DNA of 64,000 bases from IMG/VR virus record IMGVR_UViG_3300008113_006701; one strand, written 5' to 3'. Origin of the DNA: an uncultured virus (IMG/VR IMGVR_UViG_3300008113_006701). Taxonomy: Duplodnaviria > Heunggongvirae > Uroviricota > Caudoviricetes. Below, in pieces: positions 39,895-51,021 of the stretch; positions within the stretch are counted from its first letter, which is position 1; the number at the start of each line of letters is the position of its first letter. Both the position numbers and the translations under genes were made by a program. Below the pieces are notes generated by a model. It was not told the origin of the DNA and did not search any database. It was given only the letters and a program-made list of their open reading frames with translations.

Positions 39895-40488
39895 ATGTCT
39901 AATAAATGGGAATTACATACACATCAAGTTAACGCATATTGTTACTATCAAAATATTTTTGATGATGATATGATTAACAGTATTATTGAAACTGGCGATA
40001 AGCTAGAAATTGGAGATGCCTATGTAGGTGGAGATTTTCAAAAGAGCGGAATTGTTGATGAGTCTATTCGCAGAACAAAAATTTCTTGGATACATGGTAC
40101 TGCGGAAAATGCCTGGCTCTTTAGAAAATTGACTGATGTGATTCAGGCAGCAAATGAACAGTGGTTTGGATTTGATCTAACTACGATTGAAGCATTACAA
40201 TATTCTGTATATCATGAAACAGGATTTTATGACCAACACGTTGACCATCACTTTCAAGGTGCAGGGCAGTATCCTCGTAAACTAAGTTTTACTATGCAAT
40301 TAACTGATCCAAGTGAATATGAAGGTGGCGATACAAGATTAATTACTGCAAAGGATCCTTTTACTATTCCAAAAGAAAAAGGAACAATCACATTTTTTCC
40401 ATCTTATACTTTGCACGATGTTACTGCAATAACTAAAGGTACTCGTAAAGCATTGGTAGGTTGGATTTTAGGACCACGCTGGAAATAA
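39895..40488 (+). CDS. 2OG-Fe(II) oxygenase
   Basis: HVD...RKLS...YEGG...FPSYTLHDV...GTRKALVGW. Confidence 0.9.
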   Translation: MSNKWELHTHQVNAYCYYQNIFDDDMINSIIETGDKLEIGDAYVGGDFQKSGIVDESIRRTKISWIHGTAENAWLFRKLTDVIQAANEQWFGFDLTTIEALQYSVYHETGFYDQHVDHHFQGAGQYPRKLSFTMQLTDPSEYEGGDTRLITAKDPFTIPKEKGTITFFPSYTLHDVTAITKGTRKALVGWILGPRWK

Positions 40489-40490
40489 AA

Positions 40491-40766
40491 ATGGCATCAA
40501 AGATACCAATAGAATATTTAGATTTAAGTAATGATTTTGGATTTACCGCAGTTCATGAAAATGATGTAGTAGATCCACTCATTACAGAAGTCAAAACATC
40601 TGCAGATGCGGATACAAAACAAAAGTTGGCAACAGTTGAGAAATTGATTTTGCCGCTTTTGGTTAATTTGATGAAGAATCCTGATAAAGATTATATCCAT
40701 TGGCCCAATAGAGTCCCCCTAATAGAGAAGCAGATTGATAAGATTTTGGCTATAACTAGATCATAA
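40491..40766 (+). CDS. Conserved hypothetical phage protein
   Basis: DFGFTAV, ILPLLVNLMKNPDKDYIHWPNR. Confidence 0.65.
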   Translation: MASKIPIEYLDLSNDFGFTAVHENDVVDPLITEVKTSADADTKQKLATVEKLILPLLVNLMKNPDKDYIHWPNRVPLIEKQIDKILAITRS

Positions 40767-40782
40767 AATGGCAAACTTTTGC

Positions 40783-40811
40783 TTGACTTCTGATACTGAA
40801 GGTGTTATAAT
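40783..40811 (+). promoter_or_regulatory. Early sigma70-type promoter
   Basis: TTGACT-17 bp-TATAAT, extended -10 TG. Confidence 0.8.
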
Positions 40812-40837
40812 AATGAAACATCCAACAGGAGAATCAG

Positions 40838-42958
40838 ATGTTAATGACCTCAAAGTCTATACTAGCAAAACTACTTGCCTCAGAAAACATTACAGTAGAA
40901 CATCGTAAAACATCTACTGCTTATTTTGATACTTTAAATCGAGTCATGGTGCTCCCTATGTGGGGCAATATGACTTCGGAACTATATGACTTGTTACTTG
41001 GTCATGAAACGGGTCACGCTCTCTATACACCTAATGAAGGTTGGCATGATAACCTTAAAGATAAAACCAAAAAAGGTTTCAAGACATATCTTAATGTTAT
41101 CGAAGATGTTCGCATTGAGAAAAAAATCCAAGAAAAATTCCCTGGTCTAAAATCTAGCTTTCGTAAAGGCTACTCAGATTTAATGGACAAAGATTTCTTT
41201 GGCGTCAACGAACGCGGTGAAGAAATTGAAGAACTTCCATTGATTGACCGAATCAATCTGCACTACAAGATTGGTTCATATCTTAATGTACAATTTTCAG
41301 AACAAGAAATGGTGTACATTGATCTTATTGAAAAAATTAAATCGTGGGATGACGTTGTAGAAATTGCCAAAATGCTATACGAGAATGGCAAGGGCGAGGT
41401 TCGTAAAAACCTCGAAAAGCAATTTTTTAATGATCTTTCTATAGATGAAGATGGCAACTACGATGATGACTATGACGACTCAGATGAAGAACGAGAATTT
41501 GCCGAAGGACAACGTCAGATCAAAGGTGCGGGTTCTTTTAATGATCTAGATCCCGAATCTAAAACAGATTCGCATTTTAGAAAACGTGAAAAAGATCTAA
41601 TCGATCCTACATTCAAACCGTATGTATATATCAATTCGCCTACACCGGATTTGTCTAACATCATTATTCCGTATAATAAACTCAAAGAACAGCACAATAA
41701 TTTTGTCAATAGGTTAGAATTTTCCGAAACTGAATTTAACTCCAAGGTTGTAGAATCTAAAGAAATTGTATATAAGCATTTTCTTCAAACCAATAAAAAG
41801 TATATTTCTTATTTGATTAAGGAGTTTGAACTTCGTCGTAATGCTAGACAATTTGCCAGAGCAAGTGTATCTAAAACTGGTGAATTGGATATGAAGAAAA
41901 TTCATAACTATAAAACTAATGATGATTTGTTCAAACGAATGACAGTTGTTCCTAAAGGTAAATCACATGGACTAGTTATGTTTATTGACTATTCTGGTTC
42001 AATGGCAGACAACATTCTCGGAACAATTGAACAGACATTGGTGTTAGCAACATTCTGCAGAAAAGTAAATATTCCTTTTCGAGTATATGCATTCTCAGAT
42101 AATCACGCAGGCACACAGTATTTGGATAAGTGGAAACCGAAATTTTCTAGTAATGACAATGAAGCAAAATTTGGCGAAGAAAATTTTCATTTGCGAGAAT
42201 ATATTTCAAGCGAAATGTCCAGTACAGATTTTAAGGATGCGATTCAATATTGGTTACTGGTTGGGCATACTTACAATAAAAGAAATTATGGGTACAAAAA
42301 TAAATTAGACCTCTATCCGCATATTTGGAATAGTGATTTTGAGGGATTGAATGGAACTCCTTTGAATGAGACAGTTGTTACATCTATGGAAATAGTAAAG
42401 CAATTTAAAAAGCAATATCGTTTGGACATTGTCAACACAGTATTTCTTACAGACGGGGAAGGTAATGATACTACCCAAAAATGGGAAGGTGGCCGTGTGA
42501 CTTATTTCAGAAATCGATGGGATGAAAACAATGTAATCATTCGAGATGTAAAAGGTATGGCAGAAGCCAAAGCTCCTGCAGGTACAGAAATTACTGTAGG
42601 GTTTTTGAATTTGCTAAAAGAAACAACGGGTGTAAATGTTATTGGTTTTTATATTACGGGCAGAGGCAATCCTAAAAGAGCAATTCAGAATCGTATATTG
42701 AAAACTAATGCACAGGTAGAAAATTTCGATGAAAAATTCAAAGAGTTTAGAACTAAAAAATTCTTTATGTTGAACAATGCAGGATATGATGATTACTATT
42801 TTATTCCCGGCGGTGAAGATCTCGGAGTTCAAGAAGAAGAAATGGACATCAAAACTGGTGTGAATAAAAATGATTTGAAAAGGGCATTCCTGAAAATGCA
42901 AAAAGGCAAGAGTGTAAATCGAATTCTTTTGAGTAGATTTGTTGAAAAGATTGCTTGA
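40838..42958 (+). CDS. Metallopeptidase-like + VWA domain protein (CobT-like partner)
   Basis: HETGH, NVIEDVRIE, DYSGSM MIDAS, GTPLNE, LTDGE. Confidence 0.8.
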   Translation: MLMTSKSILAKLLASENITVEHRKTSTAYFDTLNRVMVLPMWGNMTSELYDLLLGHETGHALYTPNEGWHDNLKDKTKKGFKTYLNVIEDVRIEKKIQEKFPGLKSSFRKGYSDLMDKDFFGVNERGEEIEELPLIDRINLHYKIGSYLNVQFSEQEMVYIDLIEKIKSWDDVVEIAKMLYENGKGEVRKNLEKQFFNDLSIDEDGNYDDDYDDSDEEREFAEGQRQIKGAGSFNDLDPESKTDSHFRKREKDLIDPTFKPYVYINSPTPDLSNIIIPYNKLKEQHNNFVNRLEFSETEFNSKVVESKEIVYKHFLQTNKKYISYLIKEFELRRNARQFARASVSKTGELDMKKIHNYKTNDDLFKRMTVVPKGKSHGLVMFIDYSGSMADNILGTIEQTLVLATFCRKVNIPFRVYAFSDNHAGTQYLDKWKPKFSSNDNEAKFGEENFHLREYISSEMSSTDFKDAIQYWLLVGHTYNKRNYGYKNKLDLYPHIWNSDFEGLNGTPLNETVVTSMEIVKQFKKQYRLDIVNTVFLTDGEGNDTTQKWEGGRVTYFRNRWDENNVIIRDVKGMAEAKAPAGTEITVGFLNLLKETTGVNVIGFYITGRGNPKRAIQNRILKTNAQVENFDEKFKEFRTKKFFMLNNAGYDDYYFIPGGEDLGVQEEEMDIKTGVNKNDLKRAFLKMQKGKSVNRILLSRFVEKIA

Positions 42959-42983
42959 CAGGCATCTGAAAAGGTGTTATAAT
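42955..42983 (+). promoter_or_regulatory. Early sigma70-type promoter
   Basis: TTGACA-17 bp-TATAAT, extended -10 TG. Confidence 0.85.
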
Positions 42984-43018
42984 TATTTGTGAATTGACTT
43001 TAACCGGAGATTTATATC

Positions 43019-44197
43019 ATGTCAAAAACGCACTTTAGCGAAGACCAGCGCAAAGAATTAGTTACCAAATTGATTACTACTTATGGTAATCAAGTAACTA
43101 AAGAAACAATTGTTTCCTATTGTACTCAAAACGGATTGCCTAATCCGCATTTCTTAGTCTCTCGCCGAGATATTAAGGTTGGTAAAGAGTATATGCTAGA
43201 TAAAATTTATGAGCAGAAAGTAACTAAAGAAATGAGTACCGAAGAAATGTCACCTGCAATGGCCGCACAAGTTATGCCTTTTCGGCAAAAGCGGGTAACT
43301 GTGGAAATTGATAGCGTCGTTCCTGACAAGGATGAGACTTATGTTCCTTTTGGATTTTTCAAGCAATTGGAACAGATTCTAAAATCTAAAACATTCTATC
43401 CTGTTTTTATTACTGGTCTTTCAGGTAACGGCAAAACAACTATGGTCGAACAAGTTGCTGCTAAATTGAAACGGGATTGTATTCGTGTTAATATTAGCGT
43501 TGAGACTGACGAAGAAGATTTGATTGGTGGTAACACACTGCAGGATGGTAATATTATTTACCGAGAAGGTCCTGTACTTACAGCAATGCGTCGAGGTGCT
43601 ATTCTTTTGATTGACGAAATCGATCGAGGTTCCAATAAATTGATGTGCTTGCAGAGTGTGTTAGAAGGCAAAGCTTACTTCAATAAAAAGACCGGTGAAG
43701 TTATTCGCCCGGCTGACGGTTTTACTGTTGTTGCAACAGCAAACACTAAAGGTCGAGGTACTGAGGATGGTCGTTTTATTGCAGCACAAATTCTCGATGA
43801 GGCATTCCTTGAGCGTTTTCCGATTACTGTTGAACAAGAATATCCCTCAACATCAATTGAGAAAAAGATTGTTATCAACAAAATGAAACACTACAATAAA
43901 TTGGATGAGGCTTTTGCTGATAAGCTTGTTGCTTGGGCAGATATTATTCGTAAGACTTTTCAAGAAGGCGGTGTGGACGAGATTATTAGTACTCGCCGAT
44001 TGGTTAATATTGTTCAAGCATATTCGATCTTCAATGATCAGGTTGAATCAATTCAATATTGTATTAATCGCTTTGATGACGATACAAAATTAGCATTTAT
44101 GGATTTGTATGCTAAGATGTACTCACCCGAAGAAGTTATGAAAGTTGCTGAACCGGAGAAAAAGTACAGTGTTACTGTTGATGAAATTCCATTCTAA
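43019..44197 (+). CDS. cobS: CobS/MoxR-like AAA+ ATPase
   Basis: GLSGNGKT, LLIDEID, ATANTKG, AFLERF, ISTRRL. Confidence 0.88.
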   Translation: MSKTHFSEDQRKELVTKLITTYGNQVTKETIVSYCTQNGLPNPHFLVSRRDIKVGKEYMLDKIYEQKVTKEMSTEEMSPAMAAQVMPFRQKRVTVEIDSVVPDKDETYVPFGFFKQLEQILKSKTFYPVFITGLSGNGKTTMVEQVAAKLKRDCIRVNISVETDEEDLIGGNTLQDGNIIYREGPVLTAMRRGAILLIDEIDRGSNKLMCLQSVLEGKAYFNKKTGEVIRPADGFTVVATANTKGRGTEDGRFIAAQILDEAFLERFPITVEQEYPSTSIEKKIVINKMKHYNKLDEAFADKLVAWADIIRKTFQEGGVDEIISTRRLVNIVQAYSIFNDQVESIQYCINRFDDDTKLAFMDLYAKMYSPEEVMKVAEPEKKYSVTVDEIPF

Positions 44198-44211
44198 TTT
44201 TTAATTTTTAT

Positions 44212-44234
44212 AAAAAAGGGCACTTCGGTGCCCT
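44212..44234. terminator. UUCG hairpin/terminator after cobS-like gene
   Basis: AGGGCAC-TTCG-GTGCCCT preceded by A6, so the U-tail is on the minus strand. Confidence 0.6.
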
Positions 44235-44246
44235 ACACCTTTCTAT

Positions 44247-45080
44247 ATGCACACTAATGAAATAACTTATAATACTTTTATACCTAGATGGTATGGTCGT
44301 TTGGGCAACAATGTTCAACAGATATCCAATGGAATTTACTTTTGTGAAAAAAATAGAATTCATTTTACTTCACCCGACCATCCATACATAAATGCTATTG
44401 ATATAAATTTTGGAAATACAGAATATAAAATACGAGAGACAAGTGATAATTGGTTTTATCATTTTGAAAAACCTTATAGTGATTTTGATGTAGATATAGA
44501 GGATTTAAATAGAAATAGGAAACGTATATGTGAACAATATATACTACCAAATTTAAAAGTAGATCATGAAAAATTAAAGGATCCTTTGCCTTCCGATACT
44601 TTAGTTATACATATACGGAGCGGGGATCTTTATACTAGTTTTCCTAATACGCACCCACAAAATCCTTTACGATATTATTTAGAATTATATAAAATATTTG
44701 AAAAGAAAATTATTTATCTAGCAGAGGATAATAATAATCCGATAGTGCAAGTATTACAGACAAATAATTTTGACGTCAGAGTGTTGGGGGTCGATGACAC
44801 TTATACCTTATTATTACGTGCACAAAATCTTGCAACCTCGGGTGCAGGGTCTTTTGCAATATCATCTGCATTTTGTTCCACAAACCTTAAAAATTTTTAT
44901 TGCACAGACTTATACATAGACCATAGTTTAAATCCAATTATGCTAAAAGAGCAACTTAATGTTTTTATGGCGGATGTCTCAGGCAATAAATATTTTAGAG
45001 TAGGTGAGTGGAGCTCTGCCAGAAACAACATTAATAAAATCTTTGAGTATCAAGAAGATATATCATTTAGGAGACTATAG
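44247..45080 (+). CDS. GT11-like (alpha-1,2-fucosyltransferase-like) glycosyltransferase
   Basis: GRLGNN and HIRSGD motifs. Confidence 0.7.
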   Translation: MHTNEITYNTFIPRWYGRLGNNVQQISNGIYFCEKNRIHFTSPDHPYINAIDINFGNTEYKIRETSDNWFYHFEKPYSDFDVDIEDLNRNRKRICEQYILPNLKVDHEKLKDPLPSDTLVIHIRSGDLYTSFPNTHPQNPLRYYLELYKIFEKKIIYLAEDNNNPIVQVLQTNNFDVRVLGVDDTYTLLLRAQNLATSGAGSFAISSAFCSTNLKNFYCTDLYIDHSLNPIMLKEQLNVFMADVSGNKYFRVGEWSSARNNINKIFEYQEDISFRRL

Positions 45081-45081
45081 T

Positions 45082-46095
45082 ATGACAAACAAAGTTGCTC
45101 TTATTACGGGCATTACTGGGCAAGACGGTTCTTATCTTGCAGAACTTCTTTTATCTAAAGGCTACGAAGTACACGGTATTGTTCGTCGTAGTTCTTCTAT
45201 GAACACGGGTCGGATAGACCACATCTATTCAAATCCAAATTTGCATCTTCACTATGGCGATGTTACAGATTCTCTTTCCATTATGAATGTTTTAAAGAAA
45301 CATAATCCTGCAGAAATCTATAACCTTGCAGCACAAAGCCATGTTAAAGTATCATTTGATACTCCGGAATATACAGCAATGGTTGATGGCTTAGGTACTT
45401 TAAAGATTTTAGAATCTGTTAGATTGTTAGGGTTAGAAAAAACAACTAAAATTTATCAGGCATCTACATCTGAACTATATGGATTAGTTCAGGAAACCCC
45501 TCAAAAAGAAACCACACCATTCTATCCCCGCAGTCCGTATGGTGTTGCTAAGTTGTATGCTTATTGGATTGTTAAGAACTATCGTGAGTCATACGGTATG
45601 TTTGCTTGTTCTGGTATTTTGTTTAATCACGAATCTCCTCGCAGGGGGTTTAACTTCGTAACTAAAAAGATAGTTAATGGTTTAGAGGCGGTTAGTGCTG
45701 GTCGTCAAGATTGCTTAACATTAGGAAATTTAACAGCGTTAAGAGATTGGGGCCATGCTAAAGATTATGTCGAAGCAATGTGGTTAATGCTCCAACAAGA
45801 TAAGCCGGAAGATTTTGTTATTGCTACCGGTGAGCAATATACTGTTAAACAGTTTGTCGAACATTGCGCCCCGTATTTTGCATTGAAAATACGTTGGGAA
45901 GGAGAAGGATTGGATGAGGTTGGTATTGATGAACATACTAAACGAATTGTTGTTCGAGTCGATCCTAAATATTTTCGTCCAGCAGAAGTTCAAACATTGT
46001 TGGGAGATTCTTCAAAGGCTAAGAGTGTGCTCGGTTGGCAACCTAAACATTCTTTTGATGACTTGGTTGAAGACATGTGCATAAATTTTGAATAA
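45082..46095 (+). CDS. gmd: GDP-mannose 4,6-dehydratase
   Basis: [39 protein letters not shown]. Confidence 0.96.
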   Translation: MTNKVALITGITGQDGSYLAELLLSKGYEVHGIVRRSSSMNTGRIDHIYSNPNLHLHYGDVTDSLSIMNVLKKHNPAEIYNLAAQSHVKVSFDTPEYTAMVDGLGTLKILESVRLLGLEKTTKIYQASTSELYGLVQETPQKETTPFYPRSPYGVAKLYAYWIVKNYRESYGMFACSGILFNHESPRRGFNFVTKKIVNGLEAVSAGRQDCLTLGNLTALRDWGHAKDYVEAMWLMLQQDKPEDFVIATGEQYTVKQFVEHCAPYFALKIRWEGEGLDEVGIDEHTKRIVVRVDPKYFRPAEVQTLLGDSSKAKSVLGWQPKHSFDDLVEDMCINFE

Positions 46096-46732
46096 TATGT
46101 TTCCTCCATCATACAAAGATTTAAATAAAGTAATTACTGAAAAATATTTAAACTATAATAATGGTTTTTATATTGAGGTAGGTGGTGCAGATGGTTATAC
46201 GCAAAGCAACACTTGGCATCTTGAAATGTACAAACAATGGTCGGGTATATTAATTGAACCAAATCCTGTTGCGGCGGAACAATGCAGAGATAGTAGACCA
46301 AATTCTTCCGTATTTAATTATGCTTTAGTTGGTAATGATTTTAAAGGCGATACTATAAAAATGTTGTATCGTACAGTATACGGCGGAGATCCTGGTTTAA
46401 TGACTTCTACTGTAGATTCTCCTATTCGGCAAAATAAAGAATGGATCGCGCCTGCTACTGAAAATGATAAAACTGAAGAATTTGAAATTCAGGTAGCCAC
46501 ATTAACTGATATTTTAGAATCTCAAAATGTGACAGATATAGATTTCTTTTCTTTAGATGTTGAGGGATATGAACTAGAAGTGTTGAGAGGATTAGACTTG
46601 AAAAAGTTTACCCCTAAAGTTATTTTAGTCGAATGGCATTTAGATTTTGAAGAAATTAAAAAAGTACTAGATGAAACTCACGTATATGCAGAACAATTAA
46701 CTAGACATGATTATGTCTTTTTGGCGAGGTAA
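46088..46732 (+). CDS. FkbM-family methyltransferase
   Basis: [22 protein letters not shown]. Confidence 0.85.
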   Translation: MNNMFPPSYKDLNKVITEKYLNYNNGFYIEVGGADGYTQSNTWHLEMYKQWSGILIEPNPVAAEQCRDSRPNSSVFNYALVGNDFKGDTIKMLYRTVYGGDPGLMTSTVDSPIRQNKEWIAPATENDKTEEFEIQVATLTDILESQNVTDIDFFSLDVEGYELEVLRGLDLKKFTPKVILVEWHLDFEEIKKVLDETHVYAEQLTRHDYVFLAR

Positions 46733-46734
46733 TA

Positions 46735-47670
46735 ATGGAAAAAAATAGTAAAATTTTTGTAGCAGGACATAACGGATTAGTAGGTTCGGCAATTGTTCGG
46801 AAATTAAAAGAAGAAGGTTATACAAATCTTATTCTTAGATCAAAAAACGAATTAGATCTTCGAGATCAACGAGCAGTTAAAAACTTCTTTAGTATTGAAA
46901 TGCCCGAGTATGTATTTTTGGCTGCTGCTAAAGTTGGTGGCATCAATTGGAACTGGACAAATCCTGGTGAATTTATTTATGATAATTTACAGATTCAAAC
47001 CAATGTTATAGATTCTGCTTATAAAAACAAATGTAAAAAATTATTGTTTCTAGGTTCTGCTTGTATCTATCCGAAGGTTACTCCTCAACCGATTAAAGAA
47101 GAATATCTTCTTACTGCTCCATTGGAACCTACAAATGAAGGATATGCTTTAGCAAAAATTACTGGTCTAAGAATGTGCGAATACTATAGACGTCAGTATG
47201 GGTTCAATGCTATTAGTTGTATGCCTGCAAACCTATATGGACCGAATGATAATTTTATTCCCGAACATGGACACGTTATTCCGGGTATCATTACTAAGAT
47301 GCATAATGCTACGATTAATGGCGAAGATAGTATTGAATGTTGGGGCGATGGCACACCTACACGAGAATTTTTATATGTAGATGATTTAGCAGACGCTTGT
47401 TTTTGGCTGATGCAAAATTATGACGAAAAAGAATTTGTAAATGTCGGAAGCGATGAAGAACTTACAATTAAAGATTTAGTAAATCGACTTAAAAAAGAAT
47501 TTGGGTTTAAAGGTAAAGTTGTCTGGAACACTGATAAACCAAACGGAACACCTAGACGCAAAATGGATAACACAAAACTAAAAGAATTAGGTTGGTCTGC
47601 AAAGGTTAGTTTTGATGATGGATTGAAACGCACTATGGATTGGTATAAAAAAGAAAAGGGGTTGTTATGA
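46735..47670 (+). CDS. fcl: GDP-L-fucose synthase / ColC-like epimerase-reductase
   Basis: GHNGLVGS, AAAKVGGI, GSACIYP, YALAK, NLYGPNDNF. Confidence 0.93.
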   Translation: MEKNSKIFVAGHNGLVGSAIVRKLKEEGYTNLILRSKNELDLRDQRAVKNFFSIEMPEYVFLAAAKVGGINWNWTNPGEFIYDNLQIQTNVIDSAYKNKCKKLLFLGSACIYPKVTPQPIKEEYLLTAPLEPTNEGYALAKITGLRMCEYYRRQYGFNAISCMPANLYGPNDNFIPEHGHVIPGIITKMHNATINGEDSIECWGDGTPTREFLYVDDLADACFWLMQNYDEKEFVNVGSDEELTIKDLVNRLKKEFGFKGKVVWNTDKPNGTPRRKMDNTKLKELGWSAKVSFDDGLKRTMDWYKKEKGLL

Positions 47671-48836
47671 GATGGCCTTTAATGGGTGAGACAATCACCT
47701 TCGCAGATAGATTAAAAATGGCGCACTTTGCGCTAACCGCAAAGAAATTTACCTTCGGCGAAAAGGTAAAACAATTTGAGAATGAATGGAGTGAATGGCT
47801 TGGCGCTAAACATTCTTTATACGTTTCGTCAGGAAGCACTGCAAACTTCTTATTGGTTGCTGCAGTTATGGAATTGTATGGATTAAAACGAGGCGACAAA
47901 GTATTGTTGCCCGCTTGCACTTGGATGACTAATGTTGCTCCTATTATGCAGCTAGGACTTGAGCCAGTATTCTGTGATATTAATCTAGATAATTTTAGTT
48001 TTGATCTAGAAGATGCTCATAAAATATCAAAGAAACATGATATTAAAATGGTCTTTATTACTCACTTGCTAGGATTTTCTGCAGACAATGAAGGTTTAAA
48101 AAGACTCTTCCCGAATGCTTTATTCATAGATGATGTATGCGAATCTCACGGATGCACGGGTTCGGATGGTATTAAACGAGGAGCAGACAGCTTAGGTGGA
48201 ACCTTTAGTTTTTATTTTGGTCACCATATGTCTACAGTAGAAGGCGGAATGATTTCTACAAATAATACTGATCTATATGACTTGATGAAAATTAAACGCA
48301 GTCATGGTATGGCAAGAGAGTCTATTCGGTATGATGACTATGCACAACTATACCCGGATATAGATAAACAATTCTTGTTTGTTACCGATGGATATAATTT
48401 TAGAAATCATGAGATTTGTGCTGTACTTGGTATATCTCAATTGAAGAGATTAGATAGTATGATTGAGATTAGAAATAGAAATCATTACTTATTTACTAAG
48501 ATTATAGACAAATATCCTAATCTGTTTTATAATATTAAAAATGCACACACGAACAGTAGCTTTTGTTTGCCCTTTATTTGTAAGTCCAGAGAAGTTATGC
48601 TTGCAATGAAAACAGTATTTAAAGATGGTGGAATTGAATATAGACCAGTTGTTGCTGGCAATCTATTATCGCAACCTTTCCTTAAAGACTATAAAATAGA
48701 AACAAGTAAGAAACAGACGAATGCAGACTTAGTGAATTCTCAAGGTGTGTATATAGGCAACAACCATTTTGTAACCGAACAGGATATGGAATATTTAGAA
48801 AAAGTAGTGGAGGATATTAATGAAATCTTTAGGTGA
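47667..48836 (+). CDS. colD: DegT/DnrJ-family PLP enzyme, ColD-like GDP-4-keto-6-deoxymannose 3-dehydratase
   Basis: SSGSTAN, DDVCESHG, SFYFGHHMSTVEGG with His at the usual Schiff-base Lys; 389 aa. Confidence 0.7.
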   Translation: MRWPLMGETITFADRLKMAHFALTAKKFTFGEKVKQFENEWSEWLGAKHSLYVSSGSTANFLLVAAVMELYGLKRGDKVLLPACTWMTNVAPIMQLGLEPVFCDINLDNFSFDLEDAHKISKKHDIKMVFITHLLGFSADNEGLKRLFPNALFIDDVCESHGCTGSDGIKRGADSLGGTFSFYFGHHMSTVEGGMISTNNTDLYDLMKIKRSHGMARESIRYDDYAQLYPDIDKQFLFVTDGYNFRNHEICAVLGISQLKRLDSMIEIRNRNHYLFTKIIDKYPNLFYNIKNAHTNSSFCLPFICKSREVMLAMKTVFKDGGIEYRPVVAGNLLSQPFLKDYKIETSKKQTNADLVNSQGVYIGNNHFVTEQDMEYLEKVVEDINEIFR

Positions 48837-49170
48837 AAATATTGAGGACATCATTGCTAGAACAGTAAAAGATGTTTTATCTAAAATTGAGATACCAGAT
48901 TCGACTTATGTTGAAACAGATAATTTAGGTGAAGTAATTGAGAAGCTAGCAATTATTCATATTAGAATGTGGATGTTGGAAGATGCAATTCAAGCTGCAA
49001 CTTCAGATGCAGAAATTGCAGATTTAAAAAGAAAATGCGATATTTGCTTTAAAGTAAAGCGACCAAGATATGTTCAAGCAATTAATCTAATGGTGGACAA
49101 TGCGATTAGAACTAACAGATCATTGATTGAGGATTCAGTAAAATTATATAAAGGTATAGACAATGGCTAA
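48820..49170 (+). CDS. Hypothetical protein (DUF4254-like)
   Basis: LGEVIEKLAIIHIRMWMLED helical motif. Confidence 0.5.
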   Translation: MKSLGENIEDIIARTVKDVLSKIEIPDSTYVETDNLGEVIEKLAIIHIRMWMLEDAIQAATSDAEIADLKRKCDICFKVKRPRYVQAINLMVDNAIRTNRSLIEDSVKLYKGIDNG

Positions 49171-50146
49171 AATTATTTTCTTCAATCACTATCATAGAGG
49201 TGATCTATTGACGCATAAAGAATTTATTCGTCAAATTAAAACTGAATTAGATGGAGTTGAGTATGAATACATGCATTTCAATCATCCTAAATTGACTAGA
49301 GATTTGGATGTACCATTGACAGGCGATCCTACAAATCTAGATCCAAAGACTCCTTTTTATCAAGAAGAAGAAGCATTATATATTAATACTTGGATTGGTT
49401 GTCATTGGGATATCTTTTCTCAATGTGGCGGAATTAATATGGATTCGTTAATGGGGCAGTGGTCCAGAATATTCCAAATTGTTAATGAATGCTTTGGTAC
49501 TAATCTTGCGATAAACCCTAATAGAGATTATTATTTACCAAAGATTGATTTCAATAGATTTGATATATCTCATATAGATGATTATCTTGAAAAAAATAAA
49601 GATGCAAAAAAGATTCTAATTTGTAATGGCGCTCCTAAATCAGGACAATCCTTCGCATCAAATATGAAAGAATTTTTAGAACCTCTTGCTTTAGAAAATA
49701 CTGACACTCACTTTATTTGTACTGAAAAATTTAGTACAGTTGTAGACAACATTTTGTTTACTGAAGATATTATTTTAGATAAAGAAGCTGTAGAAAAGAG
49801 AGCACCGTGGGAAGATCGAGCTCTGAATAATTGTGATTTACAAGAGATATCATATCTAAGCGAAAATTGTAATGCAATTGTAGGCAAAAATTCTGGTCCA
49901 TATGTTTTCTGTGAGACATATAACAATTATACTAACCCTAATAAAAAGTTTTTATCTTTTAATGTTAGCTGGGGCATAGGTAAAGCAACAACAGAAACAA
50001 TGTCCCATAATATGCATAACTTTATGAAATGTGAATATAAGATTATTCCCGTAGAAGGTCCTCATAAGGGAGATCTTAATTTACTCACGAGCGATGATAT
50101 CGCAAATATTAACACAGCACTTGACACACTGGTAAAAAGCCTATGA
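49163..50146 (+). CDS. Putative glycosyltransferase-like protein
   Basis: N-terminal HRGD, C-terminal VGKNSGP (GT9-like pattern); sugar-cluster context. Confidence 0.45.
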   Translation: MAKIIFFNHYHRGDLLTHKEFIRQIKTELDGVEYEYMHFNHPKLTRDLDVPLTGDPTNLDPKTPFYQEEEALYINTWIGCHWDIFSQCGGINMDSLMGQWSRIFQIVNECFGTNLAINPNRDYYLPKIDFNRFDISHIDDYLEKNKDAKKILICNGAPKSGQSFASNMKEFLEPLALENTDTHFICTEKFSTVVDNILFTEDIILDKEAVEKRAPWEDRALNNCDLQEISYLSENCNAIVGKNSGPYVFCETYNNYTNPNKKFLSFNVSWGIGKATTETMSHNMHNFMKCEYKIIPVEGPHKGDLNLLTSDDIANINTALDTLVKSL

Positions 50147-51021
50147 AGAAATTGAAAATTGGGTTTGCAGATACCCATGAACATCTAATGCAATTTTTCT
50201 ATACTCTATTAGCAAATAGATTTGATGTAGAGTTGGATAATGATAATCCTGATTATTTAATTTTTGGTGATGATAATTTTGGTACAGCGAATAAAAAATT
50301 CTCTAAAAAGGATTGCGTAAAGATATTCTTTACTGGAGAAAATAGACGCCCAGAAGATTATGATTGTCACTACGCAATCACTTTTGATCATAACTATAGT
50401 AATTGGCATTACAGATTACCATTGTTTGTAGTATACCAATGGGCTTTGGATGCTATTCATAACACTGGTCATGACTTTTATCATATCCTAGGTGAGCATA
50501 CGCCTAAGTTAAAAACAGATTTTTGTTCATTTGTAGTATCAAATCCCCGATGTGATGAGAGAAATGAATTCTTTAAAAAGCTAAGCGCAATTAAAAAGGT
50601 GGATAGCGGCGGCGGCGCATTTAATAATATTGGTAAAAAATTAGAAGGCGAAAAGGCAAAGATAGATTTTCTAGCATCAAGAAAATTTAATATTTGTTTT
50701 GAGTCTAGCTCTTATCCTGGGTATGTTACTGAAAAAATTCTACATGCATTCTATGCACAGACAATTCCTATATACTGGGGTAGCCCAACAGTAGCAGCAG
50801 ATTTTAATCTTCAATCTTTTATTAATGTAAATGACTTTAATAACTTTGATGAAGCAATAGAATATGTTATGCGTATAGATTCAGATGAAGAATTATACTA
50901 TAGAATATTAACTGCGCCTAAGCTATCGGGCAATGTTCCTAGAGATTATATGTTACTAAATAATTTCTTGAATTGGTTTGAAGCAGTTGTCTATAACAAA
51001 GCAGATATGAGAACTGAATGA
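50143..51021 (+). CDS. GT10 alpha-1,3-fucosyltransferase-like protein
   Basis: FTGEN, FCSFVVSN, KFNICFESS..PGYVTEKI, PIYWG. Confidence 0.88.
   Translation: MKKLKIGFADTHEHLMQFFYTLLANRFDVELDNDNPDYLIFGDDNFGTANKKFSKKDCVKIFFTGENRRPEDYDCHYAITFDHNYSNWHYRLPLFVVYQWALDAIHNTGHDFYHILGEHTPKLKTDFCSFVVSNPRCDERNEFFKKLSAIKKVDSGGGAFNNIGKKLEGEKAKIDFLASRKFNICFESSSYPGYVTEKILHAFYAQTIPIYWGSPTVAADFNLQSFINVNDFNNFDEAIEYVMRIDSDEELYYRILTAPKLSGNVPRDYMLLNNFLNWFEAVVYNKADMRTE

Noticed and set aside
43019..44197. Cobalamin biosynthesis role for cobS
   Set aside because: No other cob genes; MoxR-type ATPase paired with a VWA protein
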